The notes under the pieces: generated by a model
What the model saw: only the letters and a program-made list of their open reading frames with translations
The model's database searches: none
Told to the model about the DNA's origin: nothing
Source: Hormoscilla sp.
Lineage (GTDB): Bacteria; Cyanobacteriota; Cyanobacteriia; Cyanobacteriales; Desertifilaceae
Assembly: GCA_051439505.1 (NCBI GenBank)
Contig: JBFRWI010000033.1
Location: 1-50,055 of the forward strand
Direction: 5' to 3'
DNA length: 50,055 bases
Part shown: positions 29,405 to 39,670 of the stretch, in pieces
How positions within the stretch are numbered: position 1 is the first letter of the stretch
Layout: the number at the start of each line of letters is the position of its first letter
Program-made: the position numbers and the translations under genes

Positions 29405-30415
29405 TTACCGACCGGCGTTTCTGGCTTCTGCCACCCAGCGATCGAACAGTTCTTGATTGTCTGCCACCCATTCTTCGGCATGACGACGGATATCTTCTTC
29501 GGTATCTTCACCATTGTACATCCGCAAGTTCTGGGCACTGACATCGGCAAGGGGAATCTCAACCTGTTCAAAGAAGCGTCGCACTGCTGGGTTAGCATCC
29601 AGAAATTGATTAGAAGCTAATATTCTCTGCTGATTGATAGAAAATCCCAGGTTTTTTCCATCTATTATAGATTCTTTAATCTCTTGGGGATGGTCTTCTG
29701 GTAAAGAGGTGAAGGGCACTCCCAGCCATACCACATCTTCTCCATTCTTCAAAACAGCATTCAGCCATAGGGGCGTCCAGCTATAATAGAGAATCGGTTT
29801 TCCTTGCTTGTAACGGGCAATAGCGTCCCCTATCAAGGCAAAGTAAGTCCCCCGTTCCTGTTCGACAGTATCCTGGAGATTGTAAACTTCCAGATGGTGC
29901 TCGATCACTAATTCACAATTCCAACCAGGATTGCAACCGATTAAGTTTGCCTTTCCATCCCCGTCCGTATCAAATAATTTAGCAATCTCTGGTTTTTTCA
30001 GGTCTGACAGGTTAGTTATTTGATATTTATCAGCTGTTTTTTTATCGATTACATAACCTTGAAGGCAATTGTCAACTATTACCCTCTCACGGGACAGTTT
30101 CTCATCGCCGCCGGCATTTTCAAAAAAGCTGTCCTGCTGTGGATACCAGTGATTTGCCGCATAATCAACATCTCCCTTGGCCACAGCTAGGTGCATGTTG
30201 GGAGGCGGGAGTTGTATGCCTGTTTCTACCCTATAGCCGAGTTTCTCCAGACCAATATTAAGAACTTCTGTCTGGAATATTTCTTCTTGAATGTCATAAC
30301 CGTAGCTGATATTCACGGCTTTTCCTTCAGTCTCTTCGGACCTGGGACTACAGGCGCAAGCACCTATTAGTAAAGCCGCTAGGGCTGTGGCGAATGCAAG
30401 CTTTCTTGTTTTCAT
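29405..30415 (-). CDS. proX: Glycine betaine/proline ABC transporter substrate-binding lipoprotein
   Basis: NHW.P, LFDTDGDGKA.L.GCNPGW.CE, YYSWTP.W (three cage Trp); lipoprotein-type signal. Confidence 0.93.
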   Translation of the reverse strand: MKTRKLAFATALAALLIGACACSPRSEETEGKAVNISYGYDIQEEIFQTEVLNIGLEKLGYRVETGIQLPPPNMHLAVAKGDVDYAANHWYPQQDSFFENAGGDEKLSRERVIVDNCLQGYVIDKKTADKYQITNLSDLKKPEIAKLFDTDGDGKANLIGCNPGWNCELVIEHHLEVYNLQDTVEQERGTYFALIGDAIARYKQGKPILYYSWTPLWLNAVLKNGEDVVWLGVPFTSLPEDHPQEIKESIIDGKNLGFSINQQRILASNQFLDANPAVRRFFEQVEIPLADVSAQNLRMYNGEDTEEDIRRHAEEWVADNQELFDRWVAEARNAGR

Positions 30416-30581
30416 CTGGTTATTGAGTCTCGCTTGTTGCTAGTTAATAGTGGTAATAGGCCCCGATCGGTCTACCCTCTTTCCAAAGTAGCTTATTTTT
30501 GCGCAGCAGTAAACTGGCCATTGCCCTCACGCGGCCTCTTCCCCCATCGGAGACTATGGGAAAAACATCTTCATGCACTCA

Positions 30582-31592
30582 CTACTGACTGGCTTTTCTG
30601 GCTTCTGCCACCCAGCGATCGAACAGTTCTTGATTGTCCGCCACCCACTCTTCGGCATGACGACGGATATCTGCTGGCGTATCTTCACCATTGTACATCC
30701 GCAAGTTCTGGGCACTGACATCGGCAAGGGGAATCTCAACCTGTTCAAAGAAGCGTCGCACTGTTGGGTTAGCATCCAAAAATTTATTAGAAGCTAATAT
30801 TCTCTGCTGATTTATAGAAAATCCCAAGTTTTTTCCATCAATGACAGCTTCCCGAGCCTCCTTTACATGATCTGCTGGTAAAGATGTAAAACTCACTCCC
30901 AGCCATACCACATCTTCTCCGTTCTTCAAAACAGCATTCAGCCATAAGGGAGTCCAGTTATAATAGAGAATCGGCTTTCCTTCCTGGAAACGGGCAATAG
31001 CGTCTCCCATCAAGGCAAAGTAAGTCCCTCGTTGCTGTTCGACAGTATCCTGAAGACCGTAAGCCTCCAGATGGTGCTCGATCACCAATTCACAAGCCCA
31101 ACCTGCATTGCAGCCGATTAAGTTTGCCTTTCCATCCCCGTCGGTATCAAATAGCTTGGCAATCTCCGGTTTTTTTAGGTCTGACAGGTTGGTTATATTA
31201 TATTTATCTGCCGTTTTTTTATCGATTCTATAACCTTGGAGACAATTGTCTACTATCACCCCATCACGGAACAATTTATCATCGCCCCCTGCATTTTCAA
31301 ACAAGCTGTTCTGCTGTGGATACCAGTGATTAGCAGCATAATCAATATCGCCATTCGCCACCGCTAGGTGCAAGCTTGGAGGCAGGAGTTGTATGCCTGT
31401 TTCCACCTGATAGCCGAGTTTTTCCAGACCAATATTAATAATTTATATCTGGAATATTCCTTCTTGAGTTCCGTAACCGTAGCTGATATTCGCTGATTTT
31501 CCTTCAGTCTCTTCGGACTTGGGACTACAGCCGCAAGCACCTATTAGTAAGGCCCCTAGGGCGATCGCTAATGCTAGTTTTCTTGTTTTCAT
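30582..31592 (-). pseudogene. proX: proX paralogue with an in-frame stop at codon 50
   Basis: ATG at 31592 (MKTRKLALAIAL…); TAA at 31443-31445 where the paralogues have GAA; remainder intact. Confidence 0.85.
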
Positions 31593-31754
31593 CTGCTTAT
31601 TGCATCTCCTTCTTGCTACTTAATAGTGGTAATAGGCCCCGATCGGTCTACCCTCTTTCCAAAGTAGCGTATTTTTGCGCAGCAGTAAACTATTGCCCTC
31701 ACGCGCCTCTTCCCCCATCGGAGACTATGGGGGAAAAACATCTTCATGCACTCA

Positions 31755-32753
31755 CTACTGACTGGCTTTTCTGGCTTCTGCCACCCAGCGTTCGAACAAT
31801 TCTTGATTATCCGCCACCCATTCTTCGGCATGACGACGGATATCTTCTTCGGTATCTTCACCATTGTGCATCCGCAAGTTCTGGGCGTTGACATCGGCAA
31901 TGGGTATCTTAACCTGTCCAAAGAAGCGTCGGGCTACTGGGTTATCCTCCATAAATTGTTTAGAACCATATATTTTAATCTCATTGACTCGAAATCCCAG
32001 GTTTTTGCCCTCTATTATGGCTGGTTCCTGCTGATTAGAGTTGTCTTCTGGAAAAGAGGTAAAGGGGACTCCCAGCCATACTACATCGGACCCGTTCTTC
32101 AAAACAGCATTCAGCCATAGGGGCGTCCAGGTATAATAGAGAATCGGCTTTCCTTGTTCAAAACGGGTAATAGCGTCCCCCATCAAGGCAAAGTAAGCCC
32201 CCCGTTGGTGTTCTACAGTCTCCTCAAGATCGTAAACTTCCAGATGGTGCTCGATCGCCAATTCACAAGCCCAACCCGGACTACAGCCGATTAAGTTGGC
32301 TTTGCCATCGCCGTCCGTATCAAATAGCTTGGCAATCTCTGGTTTTTTCAGGTCTGACAGGTTGGTTATATTATATTTCTCCGCAGTTTTTTTATCTATT
32401 GCATAACCTTGGAGAGCATTTTCAACTAGAAACCCCTCACGGGACAATTTTTCATCGCCCCCTGCATTTTCAAAAAAGTTTGTCTGCAGGGGATCCCAGT
32501 GATTGGCTGCATAATCAACATCGCCATTGGCCACCGCTACGTGCATGCTTGTAGGCGGTAGTTGTACGCCTTTTTCCACCCGATACCCCAGTTTTTCCAG
32601 ACCGATATTAATTATTTCTGTCTGAAATATTTCTTCGGTAAGGTCGTAACCGTAGCTGACCTTCACCTCCGAACTTTCATTTTGATTGCAGGCGATCGCA
32701 CCTGTCAGTAAGGCTGCTAAAGCCGTGGCCAATGCTAGTTTTTTCCCTTTCAT
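31755..32753 (-). CDS. proX: Glycine betaine/proline ABC transporter substrate-binding lipoprotein
   Basis: NHWDP, GCSPGWACE, YYTWTPLW; overlaps the proW stop. Confidence 0.93.
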   Translation of the reverse strand: MKGKKLALATALAALLTGAIACNQNESSEVKVSYGYDLTEEIFQTEIINIGLEKLGYRVEKGVQLPPTSMHVAVANGDVDYAANHWDPLQTNFFENAGGDEKLSREGFLVENALQGYAIDKKTAEKYNITNLSDLKKPEIAKLFDTDGDGKANLIGCSPGWACELAIEHHLEVYDLEETVEHQRGAYFALMGDAITRFEQGKPILYYTWTPLWLNAVLKNGSDVVWLGVPFTSFPEDNSNQQEPAIIEGKNLGFRVNEIKIYGSKQFMEDNPVARRFFGQVKIPIADVNAQNLRMHNGEDTEEDIRRHAEEWVADNQELFERWVAEARKASQ

Positions 32754-33715
32754 TTGGTGATTGAGTCTCGCTTTTTGGTACTTAATAACGGTAGCAGGGC
32801 CCCGATCGGTCCCCGCTCTTTCCAGGATAGCTTACTATTGCTGGATTTGGCAACCGCCTGGGTGATGCGATCGAGCATCACGGCCACCAGGACAATGGCA
32901 ATTCCACCCGTAGAGGCCAGTGCAATATCCAGTCTACCAATTCCCCGCAAGACCATTTGCCCCAAACCTTCCACAGCAATCATCGACGCCACTACTACCA
33001 TTGATAGGGCCATCATAATCGATTGGTTTACACCTGCGAGGATAGTTGGCATTGCCAGAGGAATCTGAGCTTCCCACAGCAGTTGATTGGGCGTCGAACC
33101 AAATGCCTGGGCCGCTTCCACAACTTCTAGAGAAACTTGTCTGATGCCAATATTAGTCAGGCGAATCAGGGGCGGGACAGCAAATATAAAAGTGACGATC
33201 ACTCCCGGTACTTGACCAATTCCAAATAGCATCACCACTGGCACCAGATAGACAAAGGTCGGCAGGGTTTGCATGGCATCCAGTATGGGTCTGATTATCT
33301 GCTCTGCCTTGTCACTCCTGGCACAGGCAATGCCGATGGGTATGCCTGCTATCACGCATAATACCACAGCGGTGATTACCAGAGATATGGTCACCATCGA
33401 CTCTTCCCAAACCCCCAAAAATCCCACAATTACCATGGCTATATAGCTAAATATTCCCACTCTTCGTCCAGCTATTTGCCATGCCAACAGACCGACCATG
33501 ATAATAAATATCAGCGGTGGTATTGCATTCAATCCTGTTTCTATTCCTTCCAAACCAAGACTTACTGGCCAGCGAATTGCTTGGAATAGCGGTCGAAAGT
33601 TTTCTACCAGAAAATCTACCCCAGCTTCTATCCAGTCTCCTACAGGTATTTGATACCCTTCAAATGGATTTAATACGCTCCCTAGCGGAAATTCATCCCA
33701 AGTTAAATTGTTCAT
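32750..33715 (-). CDS. proW: Glycine betaine/proline ABC permease
   Basis: RPILDAMQTLPTFVYLVP, PPLIRLTN.GIRQV, EAA.AFG, GVNQ..MMALSMVV. Confidence 0.95.
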   Translation of the reverse strand: MNNLTWDEFPLGSVLNPFEGYQIPVGDWIEAGVDFLVENFRPLFQAIRWPVSLGLEGIETGLNAIPPLIFIIMVGLLAWQIAGRRVGIFSYIAMVIVGFLGVWEESMVTISLVITAVVLCVIAGIPIGIACARSDKAEQIIRPILDAMQTLPTFVYLVPVVMLFGIGQVPGVIVTFIFAVPPLIRLTNIGIRQVSLEVVEAAQAFGSTPNQLLWEAQIPLAMPTILAGVNQSIMMALSMVVVASMIAVEGLGQMVLRGIGRLDIALASTGGIAIVLVAVMLDRITQAVAKSSNSKLSWKERGPIGALLPLLSTKKRDSITK

Positions 33716-33717
33716 TT

Positions 33718-34905
33718 TTATTGATTGACAATGTTCGCAAAAATGTCTGATTGTTCTACTACTCCTGTTAATTTTCCCTGACTATCCACTACTGCGATCG
33801 CCTCTCCCCCTTGGCAGAGGTGAAAAATTTCTTCTAGCTTAGTTGTCTTATCTACCTTGGGGAAATCTCTTGTCATCGCCTTGGCAATATCATTTTCACC
33901 CACTTCCAGGGCCTTAGCGAGTCTAGTTGCTGTCACAAACCCTACTGCTTTGCCATCCCCGTCTAGCACGTACTTCTGTTCTCGATCTTCGGCGCTCATT
34001 TCTATTATCGCTGCCTTAACCGATTTACTTTCTAGCATAAAGGAATTGGGATTGCGGGCGATCGCACCTACTTTAATCACGCTAGCACGGTTAACATCTT
34101 TTATGAATGCCCTAATATAGTCATCAGCTGGATGATTAATTATTTCTTCAGGAGTTCCCACCTGGACCACATATCCATCCTTCATCACCGCCAGGCGATC
34201 GGCCAGTTTCAGGGCCTCTTGAATATCGTGACTGATAAACACAATGGTTTTATGCAATTCCTGTTGCAGTCGGATGAGTTCATCTTGCATCTCCCGCCTG
34301 ATCAGAGGATCCAGAGCCGAAAATGCCTCATCCATCAACAATATGGGAGCATCTGTTGCTAAGGCCCGGGCCAAACCCACCCGTTGCTGCATTCCCCCAC
34401 TCAATTTCGATGGATGGTAGTCCGCCCACTGGGCTAAACCGACAACCTCTAAAGTTTCCAAAGCTTTTTGTCGGCGTTGTTTTTTTTCTACTCCCCGCAC
34501 TTTCAAACCATAGGCGACATTTTCGGCCACCGTCTTGTGGGGAAACAGACCAAATCTCTGGAATACCATTGTCACTTGCGTGCGACGCAACTCCCGCATC
34601 CGTTCATCGCTGACATGGGCAATATCTTCGTCATCTATATAGATATTGCCGCTAGTAGCAGGAATTAGACTGTTAATACAGCGCACTAGGGTTGACTTTC
34701 CCGAACCCGATAGCCCCATGACCACGAATAATTCCCCCTGACCTATTTCCAGAGAAACATCCGCTACCCCAACTACATTTCCCGTCGCCTCTAATATATA
34801 ATCTTTCGTCGCACCATCTCTAAACATTTTCAGAGCTTTACGAGGATTCTTTCCGTATATTTTGATCAGACTCTCGATCAGTATTTTGGGTTTACTGCTA
34901 TTCAT
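33718..34905 (-). CDS. proV: Glycine betaine/proline ABC ATPase with CBS pair
   Basis: GLSGSGKST, LSGGMQQRVGLARALA, LMDEAFSALDPLIR. Confidence 0.96.
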   Translation of the reverse strand: MNSSKPKILIESLIKIYGKNPRKALKMFRDGATKDYILEATGNVVGVADVSLEIGQGELFVVMGLSGSGKSTLVRCINSLIPATSGNIYIDDEDIAHVSDERMRELRRTQVTMVFQRFGLFPHKTVAENVAYGLKVRGVEKKQRRQKALETLEVVGLAQWADYHPSKLSGGMQQRVGLARALATDAPILLMDEAFSALDPLIRREMQDELIRLQQELHKTIVFISHDIQEALKLADRLAVMKDGYVVQVGTPEEIINHPADDYIRAFIKDVNRASVIKVGAIARNPNSFMLESKSVKAAIIEMSAEDREQKYVLDGDGKAVGFVTATRLAKALEVGENDIAKAMTRDFPKVDKTTKLEEIFHLCQGGEAIAVVDSQGKLTGVVEQSDIFANIVNQ

Positions 34906-34916
34906 TATTACAGCGA

Positions 34917-37604
34917 CTAGATTATAGTTAACTCAGTCTCCTGGCCCGCCGTGGGTTCAAAATCGGATCTCTGCGATTTATCTCGCACCTTGGGCTTTCG
35001 GGCCTCTATCAAGCTAATGGCACGGCTGACTATTTCCGGCAGAACTACTACTAAACTGTCCTTGCTGGCCATATCCAAAGCTGTCTCGATCGCCTCTGCT
35101 TCATCCAGAATTTTTTCATACCGACAATCACTTTGTGTTGCGTCTATCCCCTCGGAGATCAAATCTGCCGCATCCCCGCGCGGACGGCCCCGGGTATCGT
35201 CATCTTCCTTGACAATAATGCGATCGAACATTTGGGCCGAAAGCTTGCCCAGGGTAACGAAATCTTCGTCCCGGCGATCGCCGGGTCCTCCCACTACTCC
35301 GATCGTTTCTCCAGGCCAATTGCGGACAAAACCCGCCAGGGCTTCGTAAGAATGGGGATTGTGGGCATAATCGATCAGGGCGCTAAAGTTACCCAGATCG
35401 AAGAGATTCATCCGTCCGGGTGTCTGGGCCGTCGAGGCCACAAAGCTGCTTAAAGCTGCCCGAATATGCTCGATCCCTACTCCGTGGGCAAAAGCGGCCA
35501 AGCAGGCAGCCAAGGCATTAGCAATCATAAAGGGCGCCCGGCCCTTCATGGTCAGGGGTACTTTCACCGCCTCTTCGATCCGCTGCTTCCAATCCCCTTG
35601 TAAAATTGACAGATAGCCATTCTCATATACTGCTGCCAAACCGCCCTTTTCCACGTGCCGTTGCAGTATCTGATTGTCTGGCTGCATTGAAAATAGTGCC
35701 ACCTGCGCCTGCAACCGCTGGGCCATCCCTACCACCAATGGGTCATCGGCATTCAGCACTGCATAACCATCTGGCCTGACCGCTTCTGCTACCACCGCCT
35801 TAACTTGAGCCATTTGCTCAATGGTATCAATATCTCCTAGGCCCAGATGGTCTGCTGCCACATTCAGTACCACTCCGACATCATGCTTATCGAAGGCCAG
35901 GCCACTCCGGAGAATTCCACCCCTAGCTGTTTCCAGCACCGCTACTTCTACTGTGGGGTCTTTGAGAATCAACTCCGCACTCTGGGGACCAGTATTGTCC
36001 CCCTTCTCCACCAGATAGTCGCCGATATAGGTGCCATCCGTGGTCGTATAGCCGATCGTCTGTCCCGTCTGCTTAAATATATGAGCAATCAACCGGGTAG
36101 TCGTGGTCTTTCCATTCGTCCCCGTCACCGCGATAATCGGTATGCGACTAGGAGTTCCCGGGGGAAATAGCATATCCATGACTGGGGCGGCCACATTCCT
36201 GGCAATTCCCTGACTCGGACAGACATGCATCCGGAATCCCGGTGCGGCATTCACTTCCACCACTACACCTTCAGTCTCCCGTAGAGGTCTGCTGATATCT
36301 TCGGTGAGAATATCCAGTCCTGCTATATCCAAACCAATAGTTTTGACTACCCGTTGGCACAACCAGATATTTTCCGGATGGATCTCGTCCGTGCGATCGA
36401 TCGCTATGCCGCCAGTGCTCAGATTTGCCGTTGCCCGCAACGGACAGAATTCTCCTTTTTTGGGAATGCTATCGAGGGTATAGCCCAGCTTATCCAATAG
36501 CTGTAGGCTAGTGCGATCGACCTCTATCCGAGTCAACATGTTATCATGGCCCTGGCCACGAGCTGGGTCTCGATTTGTTTCCTCGATCAGTTCATTAATT
36601 GTGGACTTTCCATCTCCCACCACATGGGCAGGCACCCGTTCGGCCACTGCTACCACCTTCCCATTCACCACCAATACCCGGTGGTCTCGTCCGCGATAAT
36701 GGCGCTCTACGATTACGTTTTTGCTTCTGGAAGCCTGACTGGCTGCATCGTAGGCTTCTTCTGCTTCCGACCATGACTCTACATCAATGGTAATTCCCCG
36801 TCCGTGATTGCCATCTAGGGGCTTGATCGCCACCGGGTAGCCCCCCACATCCGCGATCGCATCTTCCAGGTCTTCCAGGTAGGATATCGTGGTCCCCTGG
36901 GGTACTGGCACCCCGGCACCAAAGAGCACTCTTTTCGTACCTTCCTTATCGCAGGCCAGTTCCACTCCCAATATACTGGTGCGATCGCTCATTGTTGCCT
37001 GCAATCTTCTTTGGTTTATTCCATAACCTAGCTGGATAATGAAACGCGCCGCCAGAGGCATCCAGGGAATATCTCGTGCCTCTGCTTCCGATATTAGCAC
37101 GCTCGTTGAAGGGCCCTTTGCTGCTTGGGCCCACAGATCCTTGAGATCTTGTAAATCTTGCTCCAATTCTGATTTGGGATAGCTACCTTTGTCTGCTATA
37201 CTCCTGCACATGCGGACCGCTGCTCTGCCGGCGTAGCGACCTGCCTTCTCGTCTAGATATTCAAACACCACATTATATACTCCTGGGCTTGCCGTTTCTC
37301 GCGTCCGCCCAAATCCCACCTGCATGCCTGCTAACGTTTGCAGTTCCAGGGCTACATGTTCTACTATATGTCCCATATATGTGCCCTTGTCCAGTCGAAG
37401 CAGGAACCCTTCCCGGCACCCTGGCGAGCAGTAATGTTTGATTAAACTTGGTAGCGCCTCCATCAATCCTTCATAGAAACCTGGGATTTCACTTGATGGT
37501 CTGTCCGCCAGTGCTTCTAAATCTAGACGAATAACTATCAATTTTTTTTGGAGAATGCTCCAGTAGTTGGGACCGCGTAATGTTATGGTTTTTATAATTT
37601 TCAT
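34917..37604 (-). CDS. cphA: Cyanophycin synthetase
   Basis: LRGPNYWS, H.CSPG..GF, GPST, KPLDGNHGRG ATP-grasp, Mur-ligase TGTNGKTTT, DYAHNP. Confidence 0.98.
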   Translation of the reverse strand: MKIIKTITLRGPNYWSILQKKLIVIRLDLEALADRPSSEIPGFYEGLMEALPSLIKHYCSPGCREGFLLRLDKGTYMGHIVEHVALELQTLAGMQVGFGRTRETASPGVYNVVFEYLDEKAGRYAGRAAVRMCRSIADKGSYPKSELEQDLQDLKDLWAQAAKGPSTSVLISEAEARDIPWMPLAARFIIQLGYGINQRRLQATMSDRTSILGVELACDKEGTKRVLFGAGVPVPQGTTISYLEDLEDAIADVGGYPVAIKPLDGNHGRGITIDVESWSEAEEAYDAASQASRSKNVIVERHYRGRDHRVLVVNGKVVAVAERVPAHVVGDGKSTINELIEETNRDPARGQGHDNMLTRIEVDRTSLQLLDKLGYTLDSIPKKGEFCPLRATANLSTGGIAIDRTDEIHPENIWLCQRVVKTIGLDIAGLDILTEDISRPLRETEGVVVEVNAAPGFRMHVCPSQGIARNVAAPVMDMLFPPGTPSRIPIIAVTGTNGKTTTTRLIAHIFKQTGQTIGYTTTDGTYIGDYLVEKGDNTGPQSAELILKDPTVEVAVLETARGGILRSGLAFDKHDVGVVLNVAADHLGLGDIDTIEQMAQVKAVVAEAVRPDGYAVLNADDPLVVGMAQRLQAQVALFSMQPDNQILQRHVEKGGLAAVYENGYLSILQGDWKQRIEEAVKVPLTMKGRAPFMIANALAACLAAFAHGVGIEHIRAALSSFVASTAQTPGRMNLFDLGNFSALIDYAHNPHSYEALAGFVRNWPGETIGVVGGPGDRRDEDFVTLGKLSAQMFDRIIVKEDDDTRGRPRGDAADLISEGIDATQSDCRYEKILDEAEAIETALDMASKDSLVVVLPEIVSRAISLIEARKPKVRDKSQRSDFEPTAGQETELTII

Positions 37605-37699
37605 GAGCTTCTATAGCTAGCTTTGGCCTCTGTATTGATCTCAGAAACCCGGTTTCAAGGGGAAGACATCGCGTGGATCCAGAAACCGGGTGTTTATAG

Positions 37700-38647
37700 C
37701 TAGCTTTGGCCTGGCATAAGCACTTCTCTGGTTCTCAGATTGTAGCGATCGCCATGACTTAGGATATGTACTCGTAGATTGTAGACACTCAGGGCTGCTG
37801 TCGCCGTCACATATGGTTCATTTGTGTATTTCATTTCCGAGGGGTCTACGATCGTCACATTTCCTTTTCCCATCACCATTATTGTACCATCCCTTTCTAC
37901 TAACGCGCAGGTATCTTCATCTATTCCCATTCCCAGTCGATAGCGGAATATCGCGATCGCGCTCACCAGCCGTCCCATGCGATTGCGATTATTAAAATGC
38001 TGGTCTACTATCACTTCTGGCACTATTCCCAGACCTGTCGTCAAGTCTACCAGCGAGCGATTTGGATACTCGCCACTGCCGCCTTCAGCAATCATTTCCT
38101 GTCCCATCACTGCTGCACCCGCACTGGTTCCCGCCAGAGTTATTTCCCCGGCCTTGGTTCTGCTGCGGATTATTTCCATCACTGGGGTATCTGCCAGCAA
38201 CGCGCATAGTCGTAGCTGGTCCCCACCCGTCATAAATACCCCCGTACAATTTTCCACATATTCTTTCCACTGCTGGTCATCTCCCTGGGCCCGAGCGCGG
38301 ATATCGATCGCCTTTATTTCCTGCGCACCCATTTCCGCGAATATTCGCCGGTACCTTTCCCCGATCGGCCCCGGTTCCCGGGACGCTGACGGCACTATCG
38401 CTATTTTCGCCGACCTTGAGCCCGCACGGGCAAAAAATGTATGTAGGATGTCCCTGCCATGGACTTTATCTTCTGCCCCACCGATGATCATAATGGCTGT
38501 TTTCGTCTGTTGGCCTTGGGGTGCCGCACTTGCTGCGGGTATGATTGATGCTGCAACATTTTTACGTGTGCTCGTGTGCTCGTGTGCTCGTGTGCTCGTG
38601 TGCTCGTTTTTACGCTCGTGCGCTTGTGTGCTCTGCGGTGAGTTCAA
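37700..38647 (-). CDS. cphB: Cyanophycinase (start uncertain)
   Basis: IIGGAEDK, TGGDQ, GTSAGA catalytic Ser, DQHF..RNR.GRL, GIDEDT. Confidence 0.95.
   Translation of the reverse strand: MNSPQSTQAHERKNEHTSTRAHEHTSTRKNVAASIIPAASAAPQGQQTKTAIMIIGGAEDKVHGRDILHTFFARAGSRSAKIAIVPSASREPGPIGERYRRIFAEMGAQEIKAIDIRARAQGDDQQWKEYVENCTGVFMTGGDQLRLCALLADTPVMEIIRSRTKAGEITLAGTSAGAAVMGQEMIAEGGSGEYPNRSLVDLTTGLGIVPEVIVDQHFNNRNRMGRLVSAIAIFRYRLGMGIDEDTCALVERDGTIMVMGKGNVTIVDPSEMKYTNEPYVTATAALSVYNLRVHILSHGDRYNLRTREVLMPGQS
38565..38632. repeat. Octamer tandem repeat (CGTGTGCT)n at the cphB 5' end
   Basis: Five perfect units plus degenerate copies. Confidence 0.85.
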
Positions 38648-38779
38648 TGCGACCGTAGCCTCCTGATTTTCTTTATATCGCTTATCTCGCCGCTATTTTT
38701 CCCCCGATCGGGCGGCTGAGCTGACAATTAGTTCAACAATTATAATTTTCCACCCTCACAAGAGGTTGGAGCATCTGTA

Positions 38780-38830
38780 GTAGGGTGGGCGGTGCCCACC
38801 CTTTGCGGGCACCGCCCACCCTTTGCGGGT
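38780..38830. repeat. GTAG-type REP (GTAGGGTGGGC.GTGCCCACC)
   Basis: Further copies at 46980-47000, 48980-49000 and 49958-49978. Confidence 0.8.
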
Positions 38831-38913
38831 TTGGGCAACAACAACTGTGCATTTTTGGGAATTCCCATATGATGATATAATATCTCCAGAATGCTTGTCA
38901 AGAGACCGCAGAA

Positions 38914-39630
38914 GTGAGATTCGATCTTGTCACCTTATTTCCCGATTTTTTCACCTCGCCCCTCAGTATCGGACTGCTGGGTAAGGCGCTAGCGAATAAT
39001 ATCGCCCAAGTCAATTTGGTTAATCCTCGGGATTTTACCACCGATAAGCACGCCCGTGTGGATGAAACGCCCTATGGCGGCGGAGTGGGCATGCTGCTCA
39101 AACCAGAACCAGTCTTTGCGGCAGTGGAGTCCCTACCGGAGTTGCCCAAAAGAGATATTATCCTGATGACGCCCCAAGGTCAAACCCTTTCTCAGCCGTT
39201 GTTGAAGGAATGGGCTAGTGACTATGACCAGCTGATAATCATTTGCGGTAATTACGAAGGCTTCGACGAGCGAGTGCTACATCTAGTCACCCGCGAGGTG
39301 TCTTTGGGGGATTTTGTCCTGACTTGTGGGGAAATACCGGCACTAGCGATTATTAATGGCGTGGTCCGGTTGTTACCGGGGACAGTGGGCAAGTCAGAAT
39401 CCCTGAAGGCGGAGAGCTTTGAGTCGGGGTTGCTAGATTATCCCCAGTATACAAGACCAGCAGAGTTTCGGGGATGGAAAGTTCCCGAGGTCTTGCTCTC
39501 AGGACATCATGCTCAGATCGAGCGCTGGCGACACGAACGGCAACTGGAACGCACTCGCCAACGGCGTCCCGATCTATATGCTGCTTGGTTGGAAAAATCT
39601 AGTTCTGAGGCCCAAGAGTCCGAACCATGA
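38914..39630 (+). CDS. trmD: tRNA (guanine37-N1)-methyltransferase
   Basis: PYGGG.GM, CGNYEGFDER, SLGDFVLTCGE, YPQYTRP. Confidence 0.97.
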   Translation: MRFDLVTLFPDFFTSPLSIGLLGKALANNIAQVNLVNPRDFTTDKHARVDETPYGGGVGMLLKPEPVFAAVESLPELPKRDIILMTPQGQTLSQPLLKEWASDYDQLIIICGNYEGFDERVLHLVTREVSLGDFVLTCGEIPALAIINGVVRLLPGTVGKSESLKAESFESGLLDYPQYTRPAEFRGWKVPEVLLSGHHAQIERWRHERQLERTRQRRPDLYAAWLEKSSSEAQESEP

Positions 39631-39636
39631 GCAGTG

Positions 39637-39669
39637 ACAACTAACAACTAACAACTAACAACTAACAAC
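39637..39669. repeat. Heptamer STRR (ACAACTA)n
   Basis: Four to five tandem units. Confidence 0.8.
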
Positions 39670-39670
39670 G

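Noticed and set aside
37977..38666. 229-aa plus-strand ORF and other long antisense ORFs within rel, RND, cca, pcyA and cphA
   Set aside because: Fully overlap well-supported genes on the opposite strand or frame and show no motifs
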